From the NCBI RefSeq assembly GCF_018977255.1, contig NW_024704742.1, positions 22,694,001 to 22,758,000 on the forward strand: a DNA stretch of 64,000 bases, read 5' to 3'. Made by a program: the position numbers and the translations under genes. Source of the DNA: Callorhinchus milii (lineage: Eukaryota). The notes under the pieces are model-generated. The model saw only the letters and a program-made list of their open reading frames with translations. It did not search any database and was not told the DNA's origin. Positions 1 to 13,400 of the stretch are shown here, piece by piece. Positions within the stretch are counted from its first letter, which is position 1, and the number at the start of each line of letters is the position of its first letter.

Positions 1-2459
1 GTGCGGCAGGGGAGGTTGGGGTCGGCTGCACACGCCATGTGGAGTCCATAATAAATGTTCCCATCGATAACAGTGAGCGTGGTGGAGCTGTATTGAAAAG
101 AGGTGAAATGGAATTCGCCTGTAAAACTTTGCCTGCTGTCGGTCAGTTGAGAGTAAGAGCTTGCTGCACAGTTAAAGGCTACTGTTATTAGTTTGTCACA
201 AACACCGACTTATTTTGTTTTGACACTGATCTCCTGTATTGGAATTAGTCTCCGTAAACCCGCTCGAGGCCTGCTGCACGTCTCTGCCCCGTTAATTGGG
301 AGGGGGTGGGGGGGCACCTCAGGCAGTGGGTGGGGAGGGCGGTCACAACGACATTGGGCAGTAGTGACCAGTTGGGGGGAGGTGGGGAGAGGAAGCGGAT
401 GACACCTCAAACAGTTGTGACTTGGGAACATATGTCCATTCTTTATCACCTCTTCGTAGCTTGTAAGTGGATTACACTTGCTGTAACTTGTTAAACCTAG
501 TGTCTGGTGTTGTTAAAACTGGTACCAATTTGAGCAATGTGGTGGATGCAGCGGTTCTTCGCCTACAAAATACACAGTCAATCCACTTTACAGTATATCC
601 TGTGAAGCGCTCTGAGACGTCTCAACGCCATGGTAAGGCGCCATATCAAATGCAAGGATTATTATAATTAGCACACTCCGATGAATGGACAGTCAATGCA
701 CCACCATTCTGGCTGCTCGAGCTCCATCTGTAGCGTGAGAATCACAGCCCTCTCACTAAGTGCTCTTTCAGCTGGTCACTATCTTGCAGTGTTTTTCTCC
801 GAGCACATGAAATCTTGGCAGCGAGCTTCGCTGGGGAGGAAATGGGACGCAGTTAAAATCTTAGTCCCATTTGTTCTACCATTGGTTTGTTTTTCTTGGC
901 ATATTTGTTTCTGGAAATTCTGTGTCCAGTGCTTCCAGTCCCTGGAGCTGAACCTTCGAAACACAGTTATTTCACTGCACCAGTAGTCGAGCGAGGAAAA
1001 CTGGAGTTATCAATCTTTGCTTCATTTGCAGAGTTTCTTCAGCTGCTACTTGTGTAGCGATCCTATCACTGTGAAGGCTCCAAATTGGTTCATTCTCTGA
1101 AGCTAAAGAGCACAGGGCTGTGCACTCTCTCTGATACAGTCTGACAAGGCAGCCTGCTGAGGAAAATGAAGATGACTTCTCAAAGATGGCTCATTCTAAC
1201 CACTACATTAGTGTCAGCCAGGTTCAGGGTTCAAGCCACACTTTGGGCTCAACTCATATGATCTAGGCTGACACTCCAATGCAATGCAGAAGTGCGCTGA
1301 ATTATCAGAGGTGTTGTCCTTTGGATAAGATTTAGACTGAGGTCCTGTCTGCCTTATTTATGTGAGCTATTCGAAAAGATAAGGGAATTTCTTATGGTGT
1401 CCTGGCCAACAATCCCATGGATCAAATCGGTCACTCACTTAATGGCTATTTGTGGGAAATTGAAGGGTGCAAATTGGCTGCCATGTTTGGCTTCATAATA
1501 AGTCATTACACAAAAAAATATTACTTGATGCTGCAAATCAAAAAAAAATTGTTCCTGACGCTGAGTACTTTAGCCTGTTACAGTTTACAGTTTACTACAG
1601 TTTATTTCAATTTATTGTGGCTTCAACATAGAATTGTTGCTGCACACGTGCATAATTCCAGTTTCAAGAGCATTGGTTTGATTTTTATTGAGTCTAATCA
1701 CTAAACTCCCCACAATTTGGATTGACCTTGACAATGGTAACATTGTAAGAACCAGCTTTGGTCTCCACTCTTCAATAACTTATTAGCCAGAGCTCAGCAC
1801 TGGGAAGCAGAGCTTAACACATTCTGAGACGCTGAATTTAATTCAGAATAGTGAGTTGGGTGCAAAACTGAAACTGCAAATGGTGGGAATTTCCCTAACT
1901 GAGGTAATCCTGGTTTCCCAGATTTCTGACTTAAAACAAAATGGAACAATTTCCAGAAAAATATTGACATCTGTAAACCTCCTTATTTCAATATTAGTAA
2001 CTCCTTAGCTACCAACTAATCAACATACAATGTGATTGTGATTTCATACTTTGCATGAGAGCCAAAGCATAAACATCAAATACATTTGACCTTTCCTGCC
2101 TTTGACAAACACATTCTAGTGCAGCTACTGAACTAGTCACACAATATCTTACTAAGTTGGCTTTTGGCTTAATCTTGTACATTTCATAAAAACCTGCCTT
2201 AAAAAATCAACTTAATGAGCCGAATGACCTTCCCGCTTTCCACGTTTTGCACTTCTGAATGAATTATGATACAGTCTTAAGGTTTGAAAGGTGTAATGAG
2301 GTCAAAGGAGTTTCTCATGGTGTCCCGGCCAACAATCCCACCAGATAAAAGATTGATCATTCACTTCATGGCTGTTTGTGTGAAATTGCTGTGTCCAATT
2401 GGCTGCTGCAAATGCCTACAAAATGCACAGTCACTACACTAATATCCTGTGAAGCCCAT

Positions 2460-2645
2460 AATAATAATAATCCTTGCATTTGATATAGCGCTTTTCATGT
2501 CGGGAGGACATCCCAAAGCGCTTCACAGAACACACTGTAAAGTGAATTGACTGTATATTTGTGGGCGAACGCAGCAGCCAATTGCGCACAGCAATGTCCC
2601 ACAAACAGTCATATGGATTGAAAATGACCAATTTATTATTGTATT
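2460..2645 (-). mobile_element. 5'-truncated SINE (core plus tail)
   Basis: Near-identical to the 3' half of the 20646 copy. Confidence 0.85.
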
Positions 2646-3979
2646 GTTTTGCCCTTGAGGCTTCATCGACTTCAAAAGTTCTATAGCCAATGCAATGTTA
2701 TTATTCATACATGAATCCGCTTGAGAAATGCCTCTTAAAACTGCTGTTGAATGTATTTTTATTGTTATTTTTAATAATGTGCACTTGAACAGTTCAAGGC
2801 CTTTCTATCTTTTGTCTTGCTGATTGCCATCAGCTTATATATCATCTATGTTTAAAATGGTTTGCAGAAACTGACGCACAGAGAAACATGCCAGCAGTTT
2901 TAGAGCTTAAAGAGCAGCGGAGATTAATTCCAGGAACCTTTGTATTGTTCTGATGGATGTTATTCCGCTGAAAACAATGAGCGAAGGTGACATCATGGGA
3001 GAGTGGTAGCCTGGGAACGTGACTGAGAATGACCACATGAGGGAGTTATCAACCTGTACCATAGATTCCACAGTGCTCTTACACGAATGACTGCCATTGG
3101 CATTTATGCTAATTCAACTTTATTTAGTAACTCGCTCAATCAACGTACGTGGTCATTTTCGATGTGGCTTCTCCAAAAACAAAAACAGAATTCAACTTTC
3201 TCTTTCGTTTTTTCTCTCTGACCTATAAAGTGTAATTCATATACTAAGGAAGCAGTTTGATCTGCAATTTAATATTCGTGAACAGTTTGCTTCTGTTAAG
3301 ACAGTATCCCACTGTAAATGTGATGGGCTTCACTGACCTGCAGTGTGGATGTCAAGGGGGCTTTCTGTGCTGTTATACATTTGAATCCCTAAACAAGCTG
3401 AGAGTTGGTGAAGTTGAGCTGCACTGTCTGAAGTGGATCAGCCTAGTCACGTGATGAGCACATGAAGTCATTGCAAGTTTTCCTGTTTTGAAATTCATTT
3501 GTAAAACTATCTGGGTTGATAAAAGGGCTGTGCTGTGGCTGTTATATTTTTTTGCAGATGTGCTGTTCAGAATTGTTGGTGGTCTGAGCACTACAAGTGG
3601 GTGTGATATTGCAGTTTTGGCTGTTATCAGGCGCCTGCTGGTATCTACCCTCTTTGAGTTGCTTCTCTATTTCAGTGGGAGGCCCTCATCAACCCCTCAT
3701 TGCTGCACTGCCTACAGCTGCACGAGCTGCAGTGAAAGTAGTGAAATGAAGGGAGAAAACTAACACTAATGTGCAGCAACTAATTTCTTGACCCTCATAG
3801 GGAAACAAATTGCAGCCAAGCCCAAACCCTGTACTGATCTCACCTCCGCAAATACGTTTCTTCATTAAATGTTGTTTAATAGCAATGGGGACTGAGAACT
3901 GTGACTGACTGTTTTTTTTGTTGTGAGCTAAACCAGGTTGTTGAGGCCAATTGTAGCATCTGTCTCAGATCAGCTAACT

Positions 3980-4167
3980 CAGGGTGGTCCAACAGGCGAT
4001 TCACGAGCCAATTTCATCCGGCAACCCCCCTCTCCCTCCTTTTCATCTGGCCCATCCGCTCCCTCCATAAACCTAGAAGGGAAATGCAAAAATATTGCTC
4101 GTGCAGCACACGGACGTTTCTCAAATAGGGCATCCAGCCCTCAGCAGCCAGCAGTTGGACCACCCTG
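3980..4167. mobile_element. Non-autonomous hAT-type DNA transposon (MITE), 188 bp
   Basis: Perfect 14-bp TIRs CAGGGTGGTCCAAC (3980-3993) and GTTGGACCACCCTG (4154-4167); perfect 8-bp TSD AGCTAACT (3972-3979, 4168-4175). Confidence 0.9.
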
Positions 4168-4327
4168 AGCTAACTTATTAGTAACTGCACATTGGTCTTG
4201 TCAGTCTATCTCTCAGCTGCTAGTTAGATAAGGTCACTGAGCAAATGGGGACCTAGATTTTTCTACCTGCAATATTGCCACAATTTCATTTGATATGCAT
4301 CAACATGTACGTTTCCTTTTTTTTTAG

Positions 4328-4438
4328 CGAGACACACACCTGGAACATGTTCGTCAAAACTACCACGAGATGTCCTTAGAATACGTCTGTAAATTGCAAG
4401 AGATTCAGGAGCGTAAGAAATTTGAGTTTGTGGAGCCT
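4328..4438 (+). CDS. ARHGAP10: ARHGAP10 coding exon, BAR domain ([37 protein letters not shown])
   Basis: tttttag| acceptor, |gtaagt donor, 111 nt, phase 0-0; GRAF BAR motif [22 protein letters not shown]. Confidence 0.93.
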
Positions 4439-7400
4439 GTAAGTAAATTAACATTAAAATAAAATGCTAACGTATGCAGTTTGGGGCGTGCTTTAATCCA
4501 CAAAGGTCTAGTTTTCTTTTGAATACATGAGATTGAAATTTGCTGATAACTGATAACTTGAGCATTGCTGACGACTTTGTGCAGGTTCTGGCATTGATAT
4601 ACTTGTTCTTTTGAGGAAGAGTTTCCTCTCTTTTAAATTAATTTTAAATTGTACTTTGTTCCAGTTTGAGATTAATAGCTCTATAAACATTAAGTGGGTG
4701 GAGGTAGAGGGGAGATTCAACAGAATGGGCCACAGTCTCTGAGGCATAAGCCACGAGCTGGTTATGTTATGTCACTGGGAGAAATTGGGCAAGTTTATCC
4801 ACTCTGTCCACAAAATACACAGTCAATCCACTTGACAGTATATTCTGTGAAACGCTTTTGAGGCGACTCAACGATAAGGCACTATATCATATGCAAGGAT
4901 TATTCTTATTCTTTCCTATTTCCTTTTCTTTGTCTCCCAAACCTGATGCCTCCAGTCAGGAAGATGAGCTGATGCTCAGCTCACTGTCAGTTCTCTTAGG
5001 CATCACCTTAACATGTAATTCCCTTCCCTGGATTTATTTTCCTCCCCCTCCCTCATTGTTAGGTACCACCATTACACTTGGGGCCTTCCTGTGTTACTTG
5101 CCTCTAGTTTGGAACAGAATAGTACCCGAAGTCACGTCTGCCAACGCTCCACGGCCCCCAGTGTTATGTGGAACCTTACTCCACCTCTGTTCAATATTTT
5201 ATAGTCATAAGGGATCCTCATAACTGATCTGGTGCAATGTTATCTGTGCAAACGTTGGGGCGGTGTCGGTGATATAAGTGTGCCGTTCGCTGCAGTACAT
5301 TATTTTCTTTATTGCAAAGCATTATAAGCTTTAATCAGCACTCCCGTCATTTTGACTTTCTTTCAAGTGCAGTGGTCTCGTCACTTTCGGTTTTGTTTAG
5401 CCGTGTCAAAAGGGCAGGAGTGTAGATACTGTATGACAAGTGACTAATTATAACCGGGTGAACGTGCTGGCGGACTACCACTGTAAGAATCCAGTGGACA
5501 GTACTCCTGTCTTGGGTGGTTATGTGAAAACTTACAAAAATGTACAGTGCAAAAATGTTTTGACAGGTTCTGGCATTGGCATACTTATTCTTCTTCCAAG
5601 TTTTTTGACTTTTTCCTAAACTTTTATTTTGTTTTCCCCCTCTCTTCCAGATGCTCTCTTTCTTTCAAATGCTCTTCACGTTTTATCATCATGGCTATGA
5701 GCTGGCCAAAGATTTCAATCACTACAAGACCGAGCTGCACCTCAACATACAAAATGTGTGTGTTTCTTTCTCAATCTGGTTCTGCCTGTGCAGTATGTCT
5801 GCAATTGGGGTTTAAAGCTATCGTACCACATTTAGAACAAAAGGACATTGCTCCGGTTTGATCTTCGCGGAGATCTTACCGCAATCAGATTTTCTTTATT
5901 GCAAAGCATTATAAGCAAGCACCTTGCATGGTGACCACAGACATCAGTCTCTGTCTTCAACCCACCCCCCCACATCCCACCCCAGCCCAGTGAACAATTT
6001 CACAAAATTTGGTTTAAACCACAAAACAATTTCCCAAACAATATTCAAAAGCCATTGGACTAGGATTCACAGTTTCTTCTTGGGAAATTGATCGTTTAAC
6101 AGTCTGATGTTTTATTTTAATTTAAGATCCCAGAGATAGATTGTTGGAATGGAAAGTGGACTCTCTCCCTGGAGGGACACATCTTGCTTTACCTTGCTGT
6201 GGTAAACTGAGTGTCCCATCCACCCACAAAACACGCTTTAGAGGATGCAAGGGTTATTATAAAACGTTTTGAAAAAAGATTTTGTAATATCCTGATCTGC
6301 ACTCAGCCTGAACGTAAAAACATACAATTGCAACAAATAGTGGCTGCTGCTGCCACCTGCTGTCCAACCTGCATGCAGGGCTCTTCGGTGGCAAGTGGCC
6401 ACCAAATCGTACCCCCAGATTTTGCCAAGTGGGGAATTAAAAAAAAATGAGTAGTGTATTATTTTGGTTGCTTATTTTGCTGTACATTGTAATTAAAATG
6501 CATCTAGTGTTGATGTTTGATGCTGCAGATGTTGCCACTGGCTCTGCAGCTGCTTATTCCACCTACCATTCGTTGTTTTACAGGCTCGGAATCGATTTGA
6601 TGGCGCGAGGTCAGAAGTGGAGGAACTAATGCAGAAAATCAAGAAAAACCCTCAAGAACATATGAGAATGAGTTCCTCTGTTATGGAGGGATATCTCTAT
6701 TTGCAGGAAAAAAGTGTGTACATCTCTTTAGGATCGTGACTAATTTTTTTTAATGCTTGCTTTCAGCTTCAAAATATCCAGCTTTTCGATTTGAATAATG
6801 TATTCAATGTTTTTTTTTAAAAACTACACATTTTTAATATTGCTGTCTGTAATCCATTGGGATGCAAGTGAACAGGGTGACATGTAGGCAGGAGTGATTA
6901 AATCTGCTGAGGAGCTCTCATGTACCAACCTTCCTCTGTTCAGCGAGCTCTGGCCTGCTCCATGTCCCCCACTCTGCCCACCCCATCATTGACATTCAGG
7001 CCTTCACACTCAACTAGCTTTCGTAATCCATACAGCAATGTTCAACATATGACATTTCTGCCCCCACCCTTTGGAACGCCATCCCACAGTCCCTTCGCCT
7101 CGCTCCCTCCGTTTCCTCCTTCAAGGCCTGTTTCAAGACCCTCCTCTTCGGTCACCCTTCTACCCCTACCCTCCCTGCTCACCACACCTCCTTATTCCAA
7201 TCCCCAGTTCAGGCCCCAAACCTTGACTGTCTCCCTCCTGACATGAAAGGCACTATGCAACTGTAATTTGTTGTTGGTGTTCCTGTGACTATAGAAATAC
7301 TATAGAAATATCAGGTGTTGAATGCTGCTGCAGGGAGTATAAAAGCTAGTTTTGCAGTGAAGGTTTGAGGAAGAATCTTAGACTTCTCTCCAAATTCACC

Positions 7401-10400
7401 AGTGATTATTTATCTCCCGCAGATAGGCTAAGTTGGGTACCAGCTGCAACAACTAGTAAATGATCGGTTGAAAGGAATGGGTTTATGGGGCCAACGAGCT
7501 TCCATCTTAAGGTAGCGGTTTTGTGCATTGCTCCTTAAGGTTTGACATTTAGGTCCATTGGGTGGCATTGAACAAGACAGCATCACAGACATTTCAGGCC
7601 TGAATGATATTGAGTCTCGGGTTATTGCAGTGTATAGTGTATTAATTTGATGGCTGAAGTTACTTGCAATATTGTGAGCTGTAACAGTTCAGTGAATGGT
7701 TCAACACCGCCTGAATGCTGTATTCCAGGAGCTGTTCCGTTTGGTTCAACCTGGGTGAAGCATTACTGCTCCTATAGAAAAGAGACAAAGAAGTTTACAA
7801 TGGTGCCATTTGATCAGAAGGCGGGTGGAAAAATTGTGAGTATTTAAGCTGCAATCAAACAGAATAAAATCCACATTTACTCAAAGGGTGAAAGGAGATT
7901 CACTTGTATTACCATGTACTTAAGAACCGACTGTAATAAGACTGACTTAAAATGTTATTCAATTCGACAAAGTAAAATCATTAAATAACTTGTTTTACTT
8001 CTCCATTATCATGGAATACTGCAGATAACAACAATAACAAAATTACATTTGTATAGCGCCTTTCACGTCGGGACAACGTGCCAAGGCGCTGGACAGACAG
8101 AGTTACGGACCCGAGCTGAGGGTCACCTGGGTGGGTAACTGGATTACCGAGACCACCACAGAAAGCTAACTCAATTCTGACATTGTGTTGCCAGACATGT
8201 CGATAATAATGATAATAAAAAAATAATAATTTGGTCATTTAACCCATGACTGTTTGTGGGATCCTGCTGTGGCACTATATCAAATGCAAGGATTATTATT
8301 ATTATTATTGTCACCTTGGAGCCAGTTCAGTTTCAAGGAGTCCCTGCTTACCTCCCAAGCAAAGCCTGATGTGCAGCTTGAGCCCACAACTTTCTGACTC
8401 CGAGGCGAGAATGCCCCTAACTGAGTTAACACACTGAGCGAGCTGAACCTGAGCCAGGGTTCACCTTTTCTGCTCCTCTTTTTCACTCCCATCCATTTTG
8501 CTTGTTGCCAAAACTCCAGGTCACTACATTTAATGTTATCAGGAAAGGTGTTTGTACTGCCATCCGGAAAGGTGTTGTATTTTTGAATGGGTTCTTCCAA
8601 AGGTTAGTATTTATTTTTGTTTCATGTTTTGTCATCAGGGTGAAGAGGATGAATTCACTCTGCAGTCCTGCACGAGAAAAAAGTCAGACACCGTAGAAAA
8701 GAGGTTCTGTTTTGACATCGAAGCAGTCGACAGGTAAAATCCTTCTCATGTCCCACTTGCTGTGATTTGAAAACGACACATTAGGAAGGCTTGTGTGTGT
8801 ATTGTCTTGTGTTATTTTTGTGTAGTGGGGTGTATTAGCAGAACATCAGTCTGTATCTTAGCCTCAGAGCTTTGGACCTCTCTCCCTCAATCCATCCGTC
8901 TTGCCCCTCCTTCCCTTCTTTGAGACTGCGACTGAAGGCCTTCCTCTTTGACTGTGCTAACAGTCACCTCCTCCCTCCCCCTGGCTCGGCGTTGGGCTCT
9001 GCCATTTTTAAGTGTCACCCTGCGTGAAGGGCGCTATATAAATGCAAGTTATTGTTGTTAATGTTTCAGAGAATTTCTTGATTTGAGTTGTAATGCTGTG
9101 AAGTACAGGATCTACAGGTTTGTGTTTTCCTTTTCCGGCTGAACAAGGAGAAAAAACACAGGATCAGTGTTCTACTTTTGGAGAGTTGTGGATTGTTGGC
9201 AAGAGATTGTTATGTCCCCACATTGTTTACCTGCATCTAACATGGGCTCAGTGTTGGCCACAAAGAGCGGGGAAAGTGTGCTTTTCCGAAGCTTCTGGAC
9301 TAGAATAATTTCCTCTCTGGTTTGACACCATTTCATGGATTATTTCCAGGAGGAACTGACGAAACTCATAAAAAATAAACCAAAGGGAAAAAAAACAAGA
9401 AAAAATAAACCAAGGATAAAAGATAAACCAAGAAAAACCTATTCAGGATAATTTTTAATATTTTTTTTAAACAAAATTACACAACCACTTGTGGTCTAGG
9501 ATTGTAAGGAGTCTTTTTATTCTAGTTAAAGGTGCCAAGCAGGTGGATCAGGAAACTGCAGAAGGGTTTCAAAAAGGAATCAGACAAGTCAGGCAGGGTT
9601 ATTAGACACAGAGGTCTAATCTGTGCTGATTCTTCAAAGGTTTAATCAATGTCAAATTTCTCTGGTGCTCGGATACATCTCTGGCTGAGCCACTCGAACG
9701 CTGATCTCATTCTCAGCCTTCATGAAATTGGATTGTTATAATAATACTACTTGCATTTGATATAGAGCCTTACTACGCCATTGAGATGTCTCAAAGCGCT
9801 TCACAGAATATACTGTAAAGTAGTTTTGACTGGGTATTTAACAGCCAAAAGCTGTTGGCTTTGACTGGAGTCCGAGTGGGGTCCCAATGAGTTGCCATGA
9901 GGAACACCTGGAATTAATCTTCGAATTTTGCAGCGCAGAGGGAGGCCATTCAGCCCATCATGACAATGCCAGTGTTCTGAAAAAGCCTACCCATCTAGTC
10001 TCAGTCCAATTCCGGTTTATTTCTATTGTTGAACTGCCCTTTTTGGTAGAGCATTCCACGTGTGTGTTTTTGCATGCCTACAGGATACTATGTTAATGAA
10101 CTGCTGTAAACTGAACCCAGTCAGACACATATATTGAAGGAATCTTGTGGGAAATTCAATGGGTTGCCCAAATGATCTCTTCCCTTAAGTTTTTACTAAT
10201 GTGCTTTACTATTATGTGCCTTTATGCCAACGATTCATTTATCTTAGTGAGATCGTAAAAAGGGATGAAGTGACGCCGTATAAAATTATCTATAAAATTG
10301 TATAGTGGATTGTCCGTCCAGTGTCCATTGGTTACTGCATCAAGTTGTATTTTGCAGGCAAGGTGTGTTCACCATGCAGGCAGTTACAGAAGGTGATCGG

Positions 10401-13400
10401 AAGCTATGGATGGAAGCCATGGATGGAACAGAACCTGTAAGTCAGTGCGCTCATACTGTGAGCAGTCACATGCAGTATATTTTATAGGGTGATTCAGGTT
10501 GATTCTCTATTCAAGTCCAATTCTATTCAAATAAATCACTATTATTATTAATAATAATGATTCCCACATTTGATATAATGTCTTTCATGTCAGGAGCTTG
10601 TCTGAAAGGGTTTTACTGTTCGGTGCAGTGTCTATATTTTGCAGGCAAACACGGCAGCCAATTTGTGCACTGCAGTGCCTCCTAGATGACCGTGAAGCGA
10701 GCAACCAATTCAGTGCTATAACCGATTATAGGCTATTTTCTGGGACTCCCTGTTCACCCTTGGGAAGAGAAGACGTAGTGGGGACTTTATAGAAATGTTT
10801 AAAATGATGAAGGATGCAAATATTTTGATGCAAGTCTGCTTTTCTGTTTCGAAAACTTGAACAAGGGATCATAGCTTCAGAATAAGCACAACAAAAGTGG
10901 GTAGGAAGAGCAGGAGCTTTTTTTAAGTAAAAAAATGGTGCTAGAGCAAGGAACTACAAATGGTTTCACACAGGAATTAGAAATGAAAAGGATTCAAGGT
11001 GTTCAGTGCTGAGGAAAATGTGTTGAAGGAATCTTTCGGGAAGCTGGATGGATAGTTAGGTAGACCAATGATTTACTCCTGGGTCGTGCTTCGCCACTGT
11101 CAAGCACTCAGAGACGTTACCCTGCTTGAGGGACGCTAGATAAATGCAAGTTGTTGTTGCCCTATTGTTATGTAATACTGTATTTTCTTGAGTTATCTTA
11201 GTCCACTTCCTTTTTTTGAAGCATGCAATTTTTTATCTAGTCTGTGACTGACACATCTGCTCCCTCTACTCAACGAACTGCTTCATTTCCCCTGCCCTAC
11301 CTTCCCCCTGGAATCTTTACAACTCGCCTGCTCTCTCGCCACTTGAGACAATTCTTCAACGCGCTTTCAGTCATCTTTTCTCCCCCACCCAAACCCTCCT
11401 CTGCTACCTCAACTAGCTCTGTGAGCGCTCTAACACGTCCTCCTGACAGGAAAAGCACTCTGTAACTGGAAATTGGATTGTGAATATAATGATTGGTATA
11501 TAAAGCTATATTTACTTAGGACACTTTCAGATAAAAACTTTGCAAATTAAATGGTCATGGAATTGAAAGCTGCGCTTTTGTGTGAAATTCATTGTAACTT
11601 CTTAACAAAATCCTCTTAACAATGTTTTCTATTACTGACAGGTCTATTTAATCAACAAAACTGATTTAAGACGAGAAGGATGTAAGTATATTGTAATAGT
11701 AAATTATTTATTCCAACACATTGGCAGAACTTGAAGGGGCTGAACAGTCACTGAGCAGGGATTTATCACATTTACCTCATGTTAACGCTGCAAGCCACTG
11801 CCCTAATGAGCAGCCTGGTCCTAGCTAGACAAGCATCAGGAAAGCTTGCCAGGCAGTGCTCTCAATGGCGAGTTATGTGGTTTTAGCTGGTTAGACTCCA
11901 GCAGTAACTCAACCCACACTCTGGGGTCCCTAAGTCTTGGCTCTTGCCAGCTTGATTAGGTAAAACCAGAGTCAATTAGGTAAAAGTTGGGTGCATCCCT
12001 GCTTTTCAAATTTCCATGTGTAGATTGCATACTTGTCTGGGAGGGATACTCTTAAGCATGGTTAGGAGTATTTGCATGGCAGGCATCAAGGCTGACCGAA
12101 CGAAAATCAACTAAAATGACTATTTTCAATTGGTGATTGCAATATTTCTCATCACTGTGTAATTGATAAGAAATATTACTCTTCTATGCTGTGAATATTT
12201 GGAGTGGATTCATTATAAACGTAAACACAATAGTGAATGAGATGGCATGGATGTCCACAGCAAAGATCTCTGGTTTGCTGACAAGTTTTATATTCGTTAT
12301 TGGTATTAATTCACATTGTGCAACCATCATGGCGATTGTCCTCATTTCTCATACAACTTTCAGCTCAGATGGAGGCTGTGTGGCTAATCATTTCTGAGCC
12401 GCACTACTCTCCTCCCTCTGTGGAGTTCTCTGTATCTTTTATTGATAGTTTTAAGTGCACGGTTGGTTATTGCTTATGCGTCTCTTGATGTCACAGCAAG
12501 CTCGCTGTGTTAAAGAATAACAAAAGCTATAACACAATCTATTGTTAGTTTCTCAGATCAAAACTTTAGGATGAACCAGGAGAGTGGAACAGAAGGAAAT
12601 AGGTTTGGAGTTGTGATGGGCAATTTTAGGACAGATACCAGGACGTTTTCTTAGGGAACAGGTTGACAGGAAAAGTTGTCGAGGCCAGGACATTGGACTG
12701 ATTTTTTTAAAAGACACAGCTGAATTCTGTGATGGGAGGATGAGTATTCTGGAGGGATGAGATCAGATGGGCCAAACCGATCTGGTGATTAATTTTCTAT
12801 TTTTCTTCCTTTTTTTAAACAAAATTTTATTTTCCGTTTAAGACGCACAACTGGATAGCATGGGTTTCAACATCATAAAGAAATGTATTCACGCAATCGA
12901 AACAAGGGGTAATGTAACAATTTATTCTTCACAAAGTTAAACTGTTATGTGGTAACTTGCTGTTCTGTGAAAGGCGCTATAGAAATGTAATTTTGTTGTT
13001 GTTGTTAATACTTTACAATGACTTAGTTCCTCTTTGACCATGTCTTTGGTCATCTTTTCCTCCCGCAGCTGGAGTGCAAACACAGGACTGTCCTCCCACC
13101 AACAAAGGCTCTACATAATTTTTGTGTGTCCTCATTCCACTGTTCTGGGAACATTTCTCCAACCCACGACAGCATCTTGACTGACCACCACCATCATCAT
13201 AATAATAATAATAATCCTTGCATTTAATATAGCGCCTTATCATGCCGTTGAGACGTCTCAAAGCGCTTCACAAATATATTGTAAAGTACATTGACTATAT
13301 TTTGTGGGCGAAATGCAGCAGCCAATTGCACACAGTAGTGTCCCTCAAACAGTGGTGGATTAAGTGACCATGTTATTATTATTTATTATTAATTGGAAGG

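Noticed and set aside
1..4327. Search for upstream ARHGAP10 BAR exons or an alternative first exon
   Set aside because: No stretch with GRAF-like peptide and splice sites was found; treated as intron
9370..9440. A-rich repeats of ATAAACCAAG
   Set aside because: Short degenerate low-complexity repeat with no unique spacers; not CRISPR-like
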